The notes: generated by a model from the letters alone, not told the origin. Numbered from the stretch's first letter, positions 5,217-14,975 are shown. The stretch is 32,000 bases of DNA from Cylindrospermopsis raciborskii Cr2010 (GCF_003367075.2 NZ_CP065936.1:1110001-1142000), one strand, 5' to 3'. Translations and numbers: made by a program.

Positions 5217-7367
5217 ATGAAATACCCCCATATTTCCCAACACAGTGAAGAAGACTGTGGCGCTGCTTGCTTAGCGGCGATCGCCAAATATTATGGCAAA
5301 AATTTCACTATCACTCGCATCCGAGAATCCGTGGGTACAAGCCAATTCGGTACCACCTTATTAGGTCTACAAAGAGGAGCTAAAACCTTGGGTTTTAAAG
5401 CTTCAACAGTCAGAACTTCACCAGAAATTCTCAAAAGATTAAACGAAGCACCCCTACCAGCAATCATTCATTGGCACGGAAATCACTGGGTGGTTTTTTA
5501 TGGTAAAAAGGGTGAAAAGTATATAATCTCTGACCCAGGAGCAGGGGTACGTTACCTCTGTGAAGAAGACTTTATAGAGGGTTGGAATGATTGGTTAATG
5601 CTATTGCTAGAACCCAGTCCAGAAGAGTTTTTAAAAACAGAAGAAGATAAAATAGGTGGCTTTTGGCGTTTCTTTAAACAGGTGTGGAGTTTTCGGGGAA
5701 TTCTCGCCCAAGCTCTACCGCTCAATTTATTATTAGGACTGCTATCTCTAGCTTCCCCCTTTTTATTACAAATTCTTACTGATGATGTGCTAGTACGGGG
5801 TGATACTAAATTACTCACAACTATGGTTATTGCTGTGGTTGTGATGAATCTTATTTCCAGTAGTCTATCTTGGGTGCAATCTAATTTAATCGCCCATTTT
5901 GCCCAACGTCTCCAATTGGGACTGGTGATGGAATTTGGTAGACAAATTTTGCACTTACCCCTGTCTTATTACGAAGCTCGTCGCAGTGGGGAAATTACTA
6001 GTCGTCTCCAAGATATTAAGCAAATCAATCAGTTGGTTACTCAAGTAGTTGTCAGTTTACCTAGCAAATTTTTTATTGCTCTGATTTCTCTTGGTCTGAT
6101 GGCTTTTTATAGCTGGAAGTTAACTTTGGTGGCTATGGTAATTGCTGGGGTTATGACTATTACTCCTTTGGTGTTTCAACCTAAATTACAGCAAAAAACC
6201 CGGGAACTACTGGTTAAAGATGCGGAAACTCAGGGTGTATTGGTGGAAACTTTTAAGGGTGCTCTAACTCTCAAAACTACTACTGCTGGTAATCAATTCC
6301 TAGAAGAGTTCCAAGTTCGATTTGGCAAGTTGGCTAATTTAACTTTGGACACTATGCAAATTGGTATTATTAATAATACCTTTTCTGGCTTTATCTCCTC
6401 TATTGGTAGTATTATCCTCCTCTGGTTTGGTGGTCATTTAGTGATTAATCCCAGTGAAAATCTCAGTATTGGTCAATTACTGGCTTTTAATTCGATGAAT
6501 GCTAATTTCCTGGGTCTCATAACTACTGTTATCAGTTTTGTCCAGGAATTTACCCGCGCTAAAACAGCAGTGCAAAGACTGACGGAAGTGATAGATACCA
6601 CTCCAGAAAGTGACTATGATGGTAAAAAGCCTTTTGCTAAAATCGCTGATGATGCTAAAATCACTTGCACTAATATCAACTTTCATTATGCTGGGAGACT
6701 TGACTTATTAGAAGACTTTTCTTTAACTATTCCCGGTGGTCAAGTCGTGGCTTTAATCGGTAAGTCAGGATGTGGTAAAAGTACCTTGGCTAAATTAATC
6801 GCTGGGTTATATACCATCCAATCTGGAAATATTCGCATTGGACTCTATAACCAACAAGATTTGTCTTTAGAATCTTTACGTCAACAGGTGATTCTAGTTC
6901 CCCAGGAACCCCATTTCTGGAGTCGTTCTATTGTGGAAAACTTTCGGTTGGGCGCACCTCACGTTAGTTTTGAGCAGATTGTCCGAGCTTGTGAAATTGC
7001 TGGTGCTGATGAATTTGTCAGTAAATTACCCGCAAAATATCAAACTATATTGGGTGAATTTGGTGCTAATATTTCCGGTGGTCAAAGACAACGATTAGCT
7101 ATAGCTAGGGCTATTGTTACAGATCCACCAATTCTAATTTTGGATGAGTCTACCGGGGGACTAGACCCGGTCAGTGAAGCACAGGTTTTAGATCAGTTAT
7201 TTGAACATCGTCAAGGAAAAACTACTATTTTAATCACCCATCGTCCCCAGGTAATCAATCGTGCTGATTGGGTCATTATGTTGGATGGAGGAAAACTCCA
7301 ATCCCAAGGATCTTTAGAAGAATTGAAATTCAGACGAGGGGAACACCAAGACTTTATTCTGCTTTAA
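5217..7367 (+). CDS. Peptidase-C39-domain ABC transporter (PCAT), a double-glycine peptide processing exporter
   Basis: The N-terminus has QHSEEDCGAACL (catalytic Cys), GNHWVVF (His) and ISDPG (Asp). It is followed by a 6-TM ABC membrane domain, Walker A GKSGCGKST, signature ISGGQRQR and Walker B ILILDEST. Confidence 0.93.
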   Translation: MKYPHISQHSEEDCGAACLAAIAKYYGKNFTITRIRESVGTSQFGTTLLGLQRGAKTLGFKASTVRTSPEILKRLNEAPLPAIIHWHGNHWVVFYGKKGEKYIISDPGAGVRYLCEEDFIEGWNDWLMLLLEPSPEEFLKTEEDKIGGFWRFFKQVWSFRGILAQALPLNLLLGLLSLASPFLLQILTDDVLVRGDTKLLTTMVIAVVVMNLISSSLSWVQSNLIAHFAQRLQLGLVMEFGRQILHLPLSYYEARRSGEITSRLQDIKQINQLVTQVVVSLPSKFFIALISLGLMAFYSWKLTLVAMVIAGVMTITPLVFQPKLQQKTRELLVKDAETQGVLVETFKGALTLKTTTAGNQFLEEFQVRFGKLANLTLDTMQIGIINNTFSGFISSIGSIILLWFGGHLVINPSENLSIGQLLAFNSMNANFLGLITTVISFVQEFTRAKTAVQRLTEVIDTTPESDYDGKKPFAKIADDAKITCTNINFHYAGRLDLLEDFSLTIPGGQVVALIGKSGCGKSTLAKLIAGLYTIQSGNIRIGLYNQQDLSLESLRQQVILVPQEPHFWSRSIVENFRLGAPHVSFEQIVRACEIAGADEFVSKLPAKYQTILGEFGANISGGQRQRLAIARAIVTDPPILILDESTGGLDPVSEAQVLDQLFEHRQGKTTILITHRPQVINRADWVIMLDGGKLQSQGSLEELKFRRGEHQDFILL

Positions 7368-7408
7368 CTTAATCCCTACCCAATTACCCTTCACCCCATC
7401 TACCCAGT

Positions 7409-8809
7409 ATGTTTTATACTCATCGACCTAAACTCATATCTTCTGTGGATAATCCCCAGTTCCTCCCTCCTGTTAGTCGTTGGACTTCTTTAGCAGGAAT
7501 ATTCCTAATTGGTACTGTTACTAGTGCTATTGCTCTTGCTTCTTGGGTGAAATATAACGTCACGGTAAAAGTGGATGCTGTGGTTCGTCCTATAGGGGAA
7601 GTTCGTGTAGTTCAACCGGAAGTAGAGGGAACTATTAAAAGTATTTTGGTCAAACCAAATCAAACGGTGAAAATAGGTGATGTAATTGCCTATTTAAATA
7701 CGGATGATTTGCTTATCAAAAAAAGTCAGTTACAAGGTAATATCCAACAGGGTAATTTACAAATATCGCAAGTTTATGCCCAAATTCGTATTTTAGATCG
7801 GCAAATTTTGGCTGAAACTCAAGTTGCTCAAAATGCTATTACTTCCGCAAGGGTGGATTTGTTACGTAATCAAAGGGAATATCAAGAACAGCAGGTTAGC
7901 ACCCAGGGTGAATTTTTAGCCGCTCAAGCTAATTGGCAAAAGGCTAAAGCTTCTTTAGATAAAGCTCGAGCAGATCTGAGTTTTGCCAAAATGGATAAGG
8001 AACGCTATCAGGAACTCTCCCAAATTGGAGCTGTGGGTAGACGGGAATTGGAGCAAAAAGCTTTGACTGTTCAGCAAACACAGTCAATCCTGGATACTGA
8101 AAGGAAATCTCTGGAAATGGCTAAAATTAAGGTTCAGTCAGCTCAAGTTGCTATTAATCCAACCCCAGCAGCAGTGATGATAGCACAGGAACGTATCGCT
8201 CAAGAAACTGCTAGGGGTGTGTCTAATATTGCTAGTCTCAATAAGGAAAAACAAGCTTTAATTGAGCGTCGAGTTCAATTAGAAACTCAGATTAAACAAT
8301 CTATTAAGGAATTAGAGCAGGTAGAAAATCAGATGCGTAAAAGTATGATTTTAGCTACGAGTAATGGTATTATTCTCAAACTCAATTTACGCAATCCGGG
8401 ACAGGTGATCCGTCCCAGTGAATCTATAGCGGAAATTGTACCTGATAGTTCGGATCTGTTAATTAGAGCTTTAATTCCTACTGAGGAAATTCAAAAGGTC
8501 AATATAGGTCAACAAGTTCAGTTACGGGTTGGTGCTTGTCCCTATCCTGATTATGGAACACTCCAGGGAGTGGTTCAAACTATTTCTCCTGATGTGATTA
8601 CCAATCAATCTAATAATCAAGGAACGACTAATAGGATGGGGAATGGTTATTTTGAAGCTACGGTTAAACCAGCAAGTTTACAATTTGGTCATGGTCGACA
8701 TCAATGTTATCTCCAATCGGGAATGGAGGTGAAAGCTGATATTATTTCTAAACAGGAAACTGCTCTGGAATTTATGTTCAGGAAAGCAAGGTTAATTACT
8801 GATTTGTAA
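7409..8809 (+). CDS. HlyD-family secretion or membrane-fusion protein
   Basis: It has an N-terminal TM segment (LAGIFLIGTVTSAIALASW), a lipoyl-like barrel (VQPEVEGTIKSILVKPNQTVKIGDVIAYL) and a long Q/A/E-rich coiled coil. It sits immediately after the PCAT. Confidence 0.9.
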   Translation: MFYTHRPKLISSVDNPQFLPPVSRWTSLAGIFLIGTVTSAIALASWVKYNVTVKVDAVVRPIGEVRVVQPEVEGTIKSILVKPNQTVKIGDVIAYLNTDDLLIKKSQLQGNIQQGNLQISQVYAQIRILDRQILAETQVAQNAITSARVDLLRNQREYQEQQVSTQGEFLAAQANWQKAKASLDKARADLSFAKMDKERYQELSQIGAVGRRELEQKALTVQQTQSILDTERKSLEMAKIKVQSAQVAINPTPAAVMIAQERIAQETARGVSNIASLNKEKQALIERRVQLETQIKQSIKELEQVENQMRKSMILATSNGIILKLNLRNPGQVIRPSESIAEIVPDSSDLLIRALIPTEEIQKVNIGQQVQLRVGACPYPDYGTLQGVVQTISPDVITNQSNNQGTTNRMGNGYFEATVKPASLQFGHGRHQCYLQSGMEVKADIISKQETALEFMFRKARLITDL

Positions 8810-8859
8810 TTTTTGTCAGGTAGGTAATGGACAATAGACTAGAAAAATGGGTGTAGCTC

Positions 8860-9624
8860 ATGGGTCTCAAAAAGGTCAAACTAGCATTAAATTGGTTGTT
8901 CTATAAACAATCTATAAAGTTATATGGGGAATCGGAAAAAATTCGAGATGATCTGTTGCAGGAGTCTTTTACTATCCGTCGCGGTTTGGAAGCATTGAAA
9001 ATTCAACATTGTGATTTATTAAATAACCAAGTAATAGGTTATCCATCCCCAGGTTTTTATCCTATAAATTCTCAATTACTAACTGATTATTTGCCATATA
9101 ATGAATCACTAGACCAATCAACTAACCAATCATTCAATACTTCAATTTCTGAACATATCAACAGGGTAGAAAACTTTCATCACTCCCTGGTTGAGTTAAG
9201 CGATCGCCTGTTTCCAATTTATATTGAAGAGAGTCTACCTTTATCCATTCAGTGTTTGGTAGATTCTTGTTTTCTTGCTCATCCTCACATATCAGTTGAT
9301 TTTGACATGCCTAGTTCTTGGAGGAAGGAGTCAGCACAATTTAGTCTGCTGACTTTAAGAACTCTTCAGGAATTAATGTCTATAACTGTACCAACTTTTT
9401 CCGATCCTCTGTCAATTTATATAAATTTGAAAGACCGGAAAAATATTCGGGAATTAACTCTGGAAATTATTTATCCCGATATTTCTACTTTGTTATTTTA
9501 TTCTGGGTTACCGGAATTAAAATATCTCAGTAGTAGCTGGGAATTTTTAATTTCTGGTAAATGTTTTTATCATATAGTCAATTACAAAGGTAACTACAAA
9601 ATAGCCTGGTTTTTTTGCTGGTGA
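8860..9624 (+). CDS. Hypothetical 254-aa protein, a possible degenerate HisKA_3-type histidine-kinase-like protein lacking the phospho-His and ATP-binding boxes
   Basis: ESEKIRDDLLQESFTIRRGLEAL aligns by eye to the H-box of the downstream kinase (EIIFETIHNGPLQTLDRILRIL), with Arg at the His position. The C-terminal half (LRTLQELMSITVP ... LTLEIIYPD) parallels the N-box and G1 regions but lacks the Asn and DxGxG. No TM segment is present. The assignment rests on manual alignment only. Confidence 0.4.
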   Translation: MGLKKVKLALNWLFYKQSIKLYGESEKIRDDLLQESFTIRRGLEALKIQHCDLLNNQVIGYPSPGFYPINSQLLTDYLPYNESLDQSTNQSFNTSISEHINRVENFHHSLVELSDRLFPIYIEESLPLSIQCLVDSCFLAHPHISVDFDMPSSWRKESAQFSLLTLRTLQELMSITVPTFSDPLSIYINLKDRKNIRELTLEIIYPDISTLLFYSGLPELKYLSSSWEFLISGKCFYHIVNYKGNYKIAWFFCW

Positions 9625-9804
9625 ATTGAGGTAAATCCAGATAAATTAACAGAATCAAAATTCAGATCTTAGCTTTCTGACTAGCAGAATAGGTTCTAAA
9701 TCTTTCTCCACAGTTCAGGAATTTTTCCCATGAGGGGTCAAATACCTCATCCCCAACTAAACAGAATCCATACAATTTATTAGGTAAAGGTTCACCATTT
9801 CTTA

Positions 9805-10524
9805 ATGTTGAGAATGCAACATCAAATGCAACATTTATCACCTAATCAGTTAACTGACTCATCCACTAATAAACTGCTGAAGATCTTAGTTATTGATGAC
9901 CACGAATCGGTTCTCAACGGGACGATTTACATTTTGCAAAAAAACTATCCCAGTGCTGAATTTATAACTGCAACGGATGTGCAAACAACTGTGGAACAGG
10001 TAACTAATAGACAACCAGATCTCATAGTTATGGATCTTTCCATACCTGAGAAACAGGGAATGACTGCTCGCACTGATAATGGTATTCAACTACTAAAGAC
10101 CTTGATGAAACAACATCCCCATCTGAATATTGTTGTTCAAAGTGCCCACAGCAAAACCCTAGTGCGAATTCGGTTAGATATTGAGAGTCATCAAGGAGGT
10201 TTTACCATTGCTAATAAAAGTGTTTCTATTCAGGATATGTTGACCAGGGTTGATTGGGCATTACAAGGACTAACTCATACTAAGGATATTAAGGGAATTA
10301 ACTCGGGAACGGAGGTAAAACCAGAGTGGTTAAAAGTTTTATATTTAGCTTTTGAACGGGGATTACAAGATAAAGCCATTGCTCAAGAAATGTGTGTGTC
10401 TGAACGAATGGTACGTCATTATTGGAATAAGTTACAAGATGCTCTCAATGTCTATCCAGAAGTCGGTAAAAATATTCGTATTCAAACGGAGAAACAAGCT
10501 AGGGAGGAAGGACTGATTGATTAG
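9805..10524 (+). CDS. Response regulator, NarL/LuxR family (REC plus HTH)
   Basis: The REC domain has VIDDH, the phospho-acceptor in LIVMDLSIP, VVQSAH and ANK. The C-terminal LuxR-type HTH reads LQDKAIAQEMCVSERMVRHYWNKLQDAL. Confidence 0.88.
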   Translation: MLRMQHQMQHLSPNQLTDSSTNKLLKILVIDDHESVLNGTIYILQKNYPSAEFITATDVQTTVEQVTNRQPDLIVMDLSIPEKQGMTARTDNGIQLLKTLMKQHPHLNIVVQSAHSKTLVRIRLDIESHQGGFTIANKSVSIQDMLTRVDWALQGLTHTKDIKGINSGTEVKPEWLKVLYLAFERGLQDKAIAQEMCVSERMVRHYWNKLQDALNVYPEVGKNIRIQTEKQAREEGLID

Positions 10525-10577
10525 TCGATAACAGGAAGTGGGGAAGAAAAAACCGACTATGATCAAGGGCTAAAATT

Positions 10578-11522
10578 ATGCAGTCTAAACCTTGGAAAAA
10601 GATTAGGGCATTTTTACCAATCAATCATTTATCAAACTATATATCTAACATTTACCAAAAACAGATTCTCAGTTATTTGGCAATTTTTAATTTACTGAGT
10701 ATTACTTATCTAATAGTAAATTGGCATTATTTAAACTCTCCTGTTTTGGCAGTTTATATTATTATTGCCAATCTTCTGGAATTGATAATACTACAGCACA
10801 AAGATAAAAACCTAAAATCAGAAGTTAAATCCAGACAAACAATCATTGAGATTATTTTTGAAACCATCCATAATGGTCCCCTACAAACCCTAGATAGAAT
10901 TTTAAGAATACTCAATCAAGTCAATCAGCAAGAATTCTCCCCACATACATTAATGAAAACCACAATTCCAGAATTAACCACAGAACTGGAAAAATTAAAC
11001 CAAGAACTCAGAGGAATCTATGAATTTTGGCACCGAGAAACTATCTCTCCACACGCTAACCTCTACCTAGATAAAAATCTAGTCATTAATTTAGAAGCTC
11101 CCCTACCAGAAATCCTCTATCAGGTCTATACCCATACCCTAGAACGAAATTTCTCCTGTTTTCAAACTATCAAATTAAAAGTCCGCAGTTTTGACCCACT
11201 GGATGAAACTGGGTTAACCCTGGAACATAAACGGGGAATTTGTCGTTTCTTGGAAGAATCACTATGTAATGTGGGTAAATATGCAAATGGAGTAACCTGT
11301 CTTCAAGTTACTGGTCTCTCATCTATGGGTTGGTACACACTTAGTATTGTCGATGATGGTTTAGGTGTGAACTCATGTAAAGAAGGAGAGGGGACAAAGC
11401 AGTTCAAATATTTAGCTCAACAAATTCAAGGTAAATTTCAGAGAATTCCCCAACATCCCCAAGGAACTATTTGTGAATTATCCTGGCCCACAAGTTCTGT
11501 GGTTGGGAGTCATCAAACTTAG
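10578..11522 (+). CDS. Sensor histidine kinase, HisKA_3 type, with two TM helices and no sensory loop
   Basis: TM1 is ILSYLAIFNLLSITYLIVNW and TM2 is SPVLAVYIIIANLLELIIL, separated by about 4 residues. It has H-box ETIHNGPLQTL, N-box EESLCNVGKYA, G1 VDDGLGV and G2-like GEGTKQ. Confidence 0.8.
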   Translation: MQSKPWKKIRAFLPINHLSNYISNIYQKQILSYLAIFNLLSITYLIVNWHYLNSPVLAVYIIIANLLELIILQHKDKNLKSEVKSRQTIIEIIFETIHNGPLQTLDRILRILNQVNQQEFSPHTLMKTTIPELTTELEKLNQELRGIYEFWHRETISPHANLYLDKNLVINLEAPLPEILYQVYTHTLERNFSCFQTIKLKVRSFDPLDETGLTLEHKRGICRFLEESLCNVGKYANGVTCLQVTGLSSMGWYTLSIVDDGLGVNSCKEGEGTKQFKYLAQQIQGKFQRIPQHPQGTICELSWPTSSVVGSHQT

Positions 11523-11584
11523 CTATATTGAGAATATAATAGCTGAGTGTAGAACTTTGACTCAAAGGAAGGCTAAAAAACACT

Positions 11585-12541
11585 GTGCAGATCACATTTT
11601 TAGGGACAAGTTCTGGTGTACCCACAAGATCACGTAATGTTTCCAGTGTCGCGCTGAGACTACCTCAACGCGCAGAACTCTGGTTATTTGACTGTGGTGA
11701 AGGTACACAACATCAAATTTTGCGCAGTGACCTGAAAATTAGTCAACTGTCACGCATTTTTATCACCCATCTCCATGGTGACCACATTTTTGGCTTGATG
11801 GGACTTTTAGCTAGTTGTGGTTTAGCTGGTAATGTGGAACGGGTTGATATCTATGGACCTGCTGGATTAAATGAGTACCTGCAAGGTGCTTCACGTTATT
11901 CCCACACCCATTTTTCCTATCCTATCAAAGTCCATACTGTTCAACCTGGTGTGATTTACGAAGATGAGGAATTTACTGTCACTTGTGGAATGCTCCATCA
12001 CCGCATTACTGCTTTTGGTTATCGTGTAATGGAAAAAAACAGATATGGGCGGTTTGATGTGGAACAAGCCAAAGCCCTACAAATACCTTCTGGACCAATT
12101 TATGGAAAACTTAAACGGGGGGAAACTGTCAAATTGGAAGATGGTCGAATCATTAATGGTAAGGAATTATGTGGTCCAACGGAAATTGGACGTAAGTTTG
12201 CCTATTGTACAGATACTGTTTATTGTGATGGTGCGGTTAAATTAGCTGAGGATGCGGATGTATTAATTCATGAAGCTACTTTTGCCCATCAAGATGCGGA
12301 AATGGCTTTCCAAAGACTACATTCTACCAGTACAATGGCAGCACAAACAGCTTATGTGGCTGGAGTAAATCAACTGATTATGACCCATTTTAGTCCCAGA
12401 TATACTCCGGGAAATGACATTGAGTTGAAAGATTTACTTAAAGAAGCTCGTGCAATTTTTCCTAATACCATCATGGCTCATGATTTTATGGTTTATGACA
12501 TACCCAGAAGAAGGGAAAAGGGATCTGGGGATCCTGATTAA
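11585..12541 (+). CDS. rnz: Ribonuclease Z (tRNA 3' endonuclease)
   Basis: [26 protein letters not shown], metallo-beta-lactamase motif HLHGDH, 318 aa, GTG start. Confidence 0.92.
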   Translation: MQITFLGTSSGVPTRSRNVSSVALRLPQRAELWLFDCGEGTQHQILRSDLKISQLSRIFITHLHGDHIFGLMGLLASCGLAGNVERVDIYGPAGLNEYLQGASRYSHTHFSYPIKVHTVQPGVIYEDEEFTVTCGMLHHRITAFGYRVMEKNRYGRFDVEQAKALQIPSGPIYGKLKRGETVKLEDGRIINGKELCGPTEIGRKFAYCTDTVYCDGAVKLAEDADVLIHEATFAHQDAEMAFQRLHSTSTMAAQTAYVAGVNQLIMTHFSPRYTPGNDIELKDLLKEARAIFPNTIMAHDFMVYDIPRRREKGSGDPD

Positions 12542-12562
12542 GCTTCTGGCTTTTAATCCCTC

Positions 12563-13246
12563 TTAAGGGTTATTTTTAGCGTAAACTAAAAGAGTTTTGA
12601 ATTCTTCAACTAGGTGAATTTTTCCTTGTGCTGTAAAGGATTTGATGATTTCCTCCGCTTTACTATAACCGACGGATTTGGTGTAGAAGAGAATTTTTCC
12701 ATTAGGATTCATTTTTCTGAGGAATAAATCCACCATGGATTCATCATTGTGATGAATAAAGGGAGCATCTTCAGGAAGATAAAATTCACCAATATGAAAG
12801 AGTGCTACCACATCTAACATGGGTAGGGAACGGTCATTAAGAGTGTAGATATCTGTGCACAGTACCTTATAGAATTTAGCCAAATGGCGGTTTTTACGAC
12901 ACATTTCTACGTATGCTTCATGTTCGGGAATTGAAGCAGTAATGCCAATAATTTCATTAGGTTTTGCTAACTTTTGATTTTCTAATCCCAGTATATGATG
13001 AGATCCCGTACCAAAATGAAAAATTGTTTGATCCTGAATATCATCCTTTTGTAGATACTCAATTAGTTCCAGATCACATGGACACAAATGAGGTTGCAAC
13101 CCCCAGGAAGATTTGATGCGATAGAAGTCATTGCCAACCCAATGTGGTAAAACAGGTTGGGTTAAACTTAGGGAGTAGTATAACTGTGCCAGTTGTCGGT
13201 TTTTAAAAACAAGATCACGAACTGTTTTTCTTACGGAAGCAACCAT
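12563..13246 (-). CDS. Conserved hypothetical protein, 227 aa (possible Rossmann or methyltransferase-like fold)
   Basis: Long ORF with coding-like composition. IFHFGTGSHH and NPNGKILFY are only loosely reminiscent of SAM-methyltransferase motifs. Confidence 0.6.
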   Translation of the reverse strand: MVASVRKTVRDLVFKNRQLAQLYYSLSLTQPVLPHWVGNDFYRIKSSWGLQPHLCPCDLELIEYLQKDDIQDQTIFHFGTGSHHILGLENQKLAKPNEIIGITASIPEHEAYVEMCRKNRHLAKFYKVLCTDIYTLNDRSLPMLDVVALFHIGEFYLPEDAPFIHHNDESMVDLFLRKMNPNGKILFYTKSVGYSKAEEIIKSFTAQGKIHLVEEFKTLLVYAKNNP

Positions 13247-13450
13247 CTGTTAAACCTCACTATTTTTTGAACGCAAGAATGAAGTGCTTCTACCAAAAGT
13301 CTCTAAGACCTGGTAGAAGCTCAATTACTCAGGAGCAAGTGTAGATATCACCGATGATCTGGTTAGCTGATTTCGTATTTTATTTATCCTAATGCTGCTT
13401 AGCTTAACATAGGAAAAATGCTCAAGCATGAAGATTTTGTGAATTTAGTA

Positions 13451-13870
13451 TTATAAGTTGTTAAATGTTTTCCTCAGACCTTGGGCTATTTGTTCCAAAA
13501 TTCGACTGGGTAAAAAGTGGCGATCGCCTAAAACAATTGGCAATCCGCGATCGCCACTCTCACAAATACGCTGATGAATGGGAATTTGTCCCAGTAAAGG
13601 TGCTTCTAGTTCTTCTGACAAGAGTTTACCACCGTCTTTCCCAAAGATGTATTGGGGAGCTTGGAAACTGTCTACATTTTCATTTAGTAAATAGCTCATG
13701 TTCTCAATAATCCCCAAAACAGGCACACCTACCTGACGAAACATGTATACACTCCGTCGCACATCCGCGATCGCCACTTGTTGGGGAGTTGTTACCAGAA
13801 TCACTCCACAAATGGGACTTTCTTGAACGATTGTAATCTGGGCGTCACCTACATCCCGTAGATAATCCAA
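13451..13870 (-). pseudogene. 3' remnant of an Mrp/ApbC/NBP35-family ATPase gene
   Basis: It retains GVILVTTPQQVAIADVRRSVYMFRQVGVPVLGIIENMSY and the C-terminal region. The P-loop N-terminal half is absent, there is no ATG (TTG only), and the LDYL..PPGTGDAQ segment is shortened to LDYLRDVGDAQ. The next gene starts 44 bp away on the other strand. Confidence 0.7.
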
Positions 13871-13914
13871 ATTACTTAAGATTTAAGATCAGTTAAATAT
13901 TTAAAGAAGTAAAC

Positions 13915-14952
13915 ATGAATTACTGTTTCAATCCCCACTGTGATCAACCCGCAAACCCAGAAGGTGTTAATTGTTGCCTAAATTGTGGTGCCAATCTACT
14001 TCTAAAAGAGCGCTATCGCTCAATTAAACTCATTGGACAAGGAGGATTTGGTAGAACCTTTTTAGCAGTGGATGAGGATAAACCTTCAAAACCATTTTGC
14101 GTAATTAAACAATTCTATACTCAATCATCAGGCAAGGACACACTCCAAAAAGCAATACAATTGTTCAATCAGGAGGCTATTCGCTTAGATGAACTAGGTA
14201 CCCATCCTCAAATCCCAGAACTGTTGGCTTATTGCACTCAGGAGGATCGACAATATTTAGTTCAGGAATTTATTAACGGGTTGAATTTAGCACAGGAACT
14301 GGTGCAAAATGGTGCATTTACAGAAGACAAAATTCGACAATTACTCATTGATTTATTACCGGTTTTGCAATTTTGCCATCACCACCAGGTAATTCATCGA
14401 GATATTAAACCGGAAAATATTATTCGTCGCACTAGTGATAACAAACTAGTTATAGTTGATTTTGGAGCAGCAAAATCAACCACAGAAGAAACCAGAAATC
14501 GTACAGGAACGAGCATTGGCACTCCTGAATATGTGGCACCAGAACAAATGCGCGGAAAAGCAATATTTGCCAGCGACATTTATGGACTGGGCGTGACCTG
14601 TATTAACCTGTTAACCAGGCGATCGCCTTTTGACTGTTATTATAGTCATGAAGCTACATGGATATGGAGAAAGTTTTTAAAAACCCCCATAACTGATGAT
14701 TTAGGGCAAATAATAGATAAAATGATAGCCATCATTCCCAGTCAACGCTATCAAACCGTTACAGATGTAATAGAAGATTTAAAATTACAGTCTATTTCAA
14801 CACCCAGCTCTATTTCTATCAAAAATACTGTCAATATTCCCACCACTATAATTAGTCCACCAAAACCACCCACATCCAATCAACCCCATATTCCAGATGT
14901 CATAGATCAAGAACTAGCAGAAATAAAATCTAAGTTCCTAGATAATGGTTAA
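13915..14952 (+). CDS. Ser/Thr protein kinase with N-terminal 4-Cys zinc-ribbon prefix
   Basis: CFNPHCDQPANPEGVNCCLNCG prefix, then GQGGFGRTF (G-loop), VIK, HRDIKPEN, DFG and GTPEYVAPE. Confidence 0.9.
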   Translation: MNYCFNPHCDQPANPEGVNCCLNCGANLLLKERYRSIKLIGQGGFGRTFLAVDEDKPSKPFCVIKQFYTQSSGKDTLQKAIQLFNQEAIRLDELGTHPQIPELLAYCTQEDRQYLVQEFINGLNLAQELVQNGAFTEDKIRQLLIDLLPVLQFCHHHQVIHRDIKPENIIRRTSDNKLVIVDFGAAKSTTEETRNRTGTSIGTPEYVAPEQMRGKAIFASDIYGLGVTCINLLTRRSPFDCYYSHEATWIWRKFLKTPITDDLGQIIDKMIAIIPSQRYQTVTDVIEDLKLQSISTPSSISIKNTVNIPTTIISPPKPPTSNQPHIPDVIDQELAEIKSKFLDNG

Positions 14953-14975
14953 TAATCAACATGGGAAAAATCCTA

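Noticed and set aside
5090-6686. Minus-strand ORFs 5090-5287, 5552-5818 and 6477-6686
   Set aside because: They are antisense to the well-supported PCAT gene or its start region. They have low-complexity, atypical composition and no motifs.
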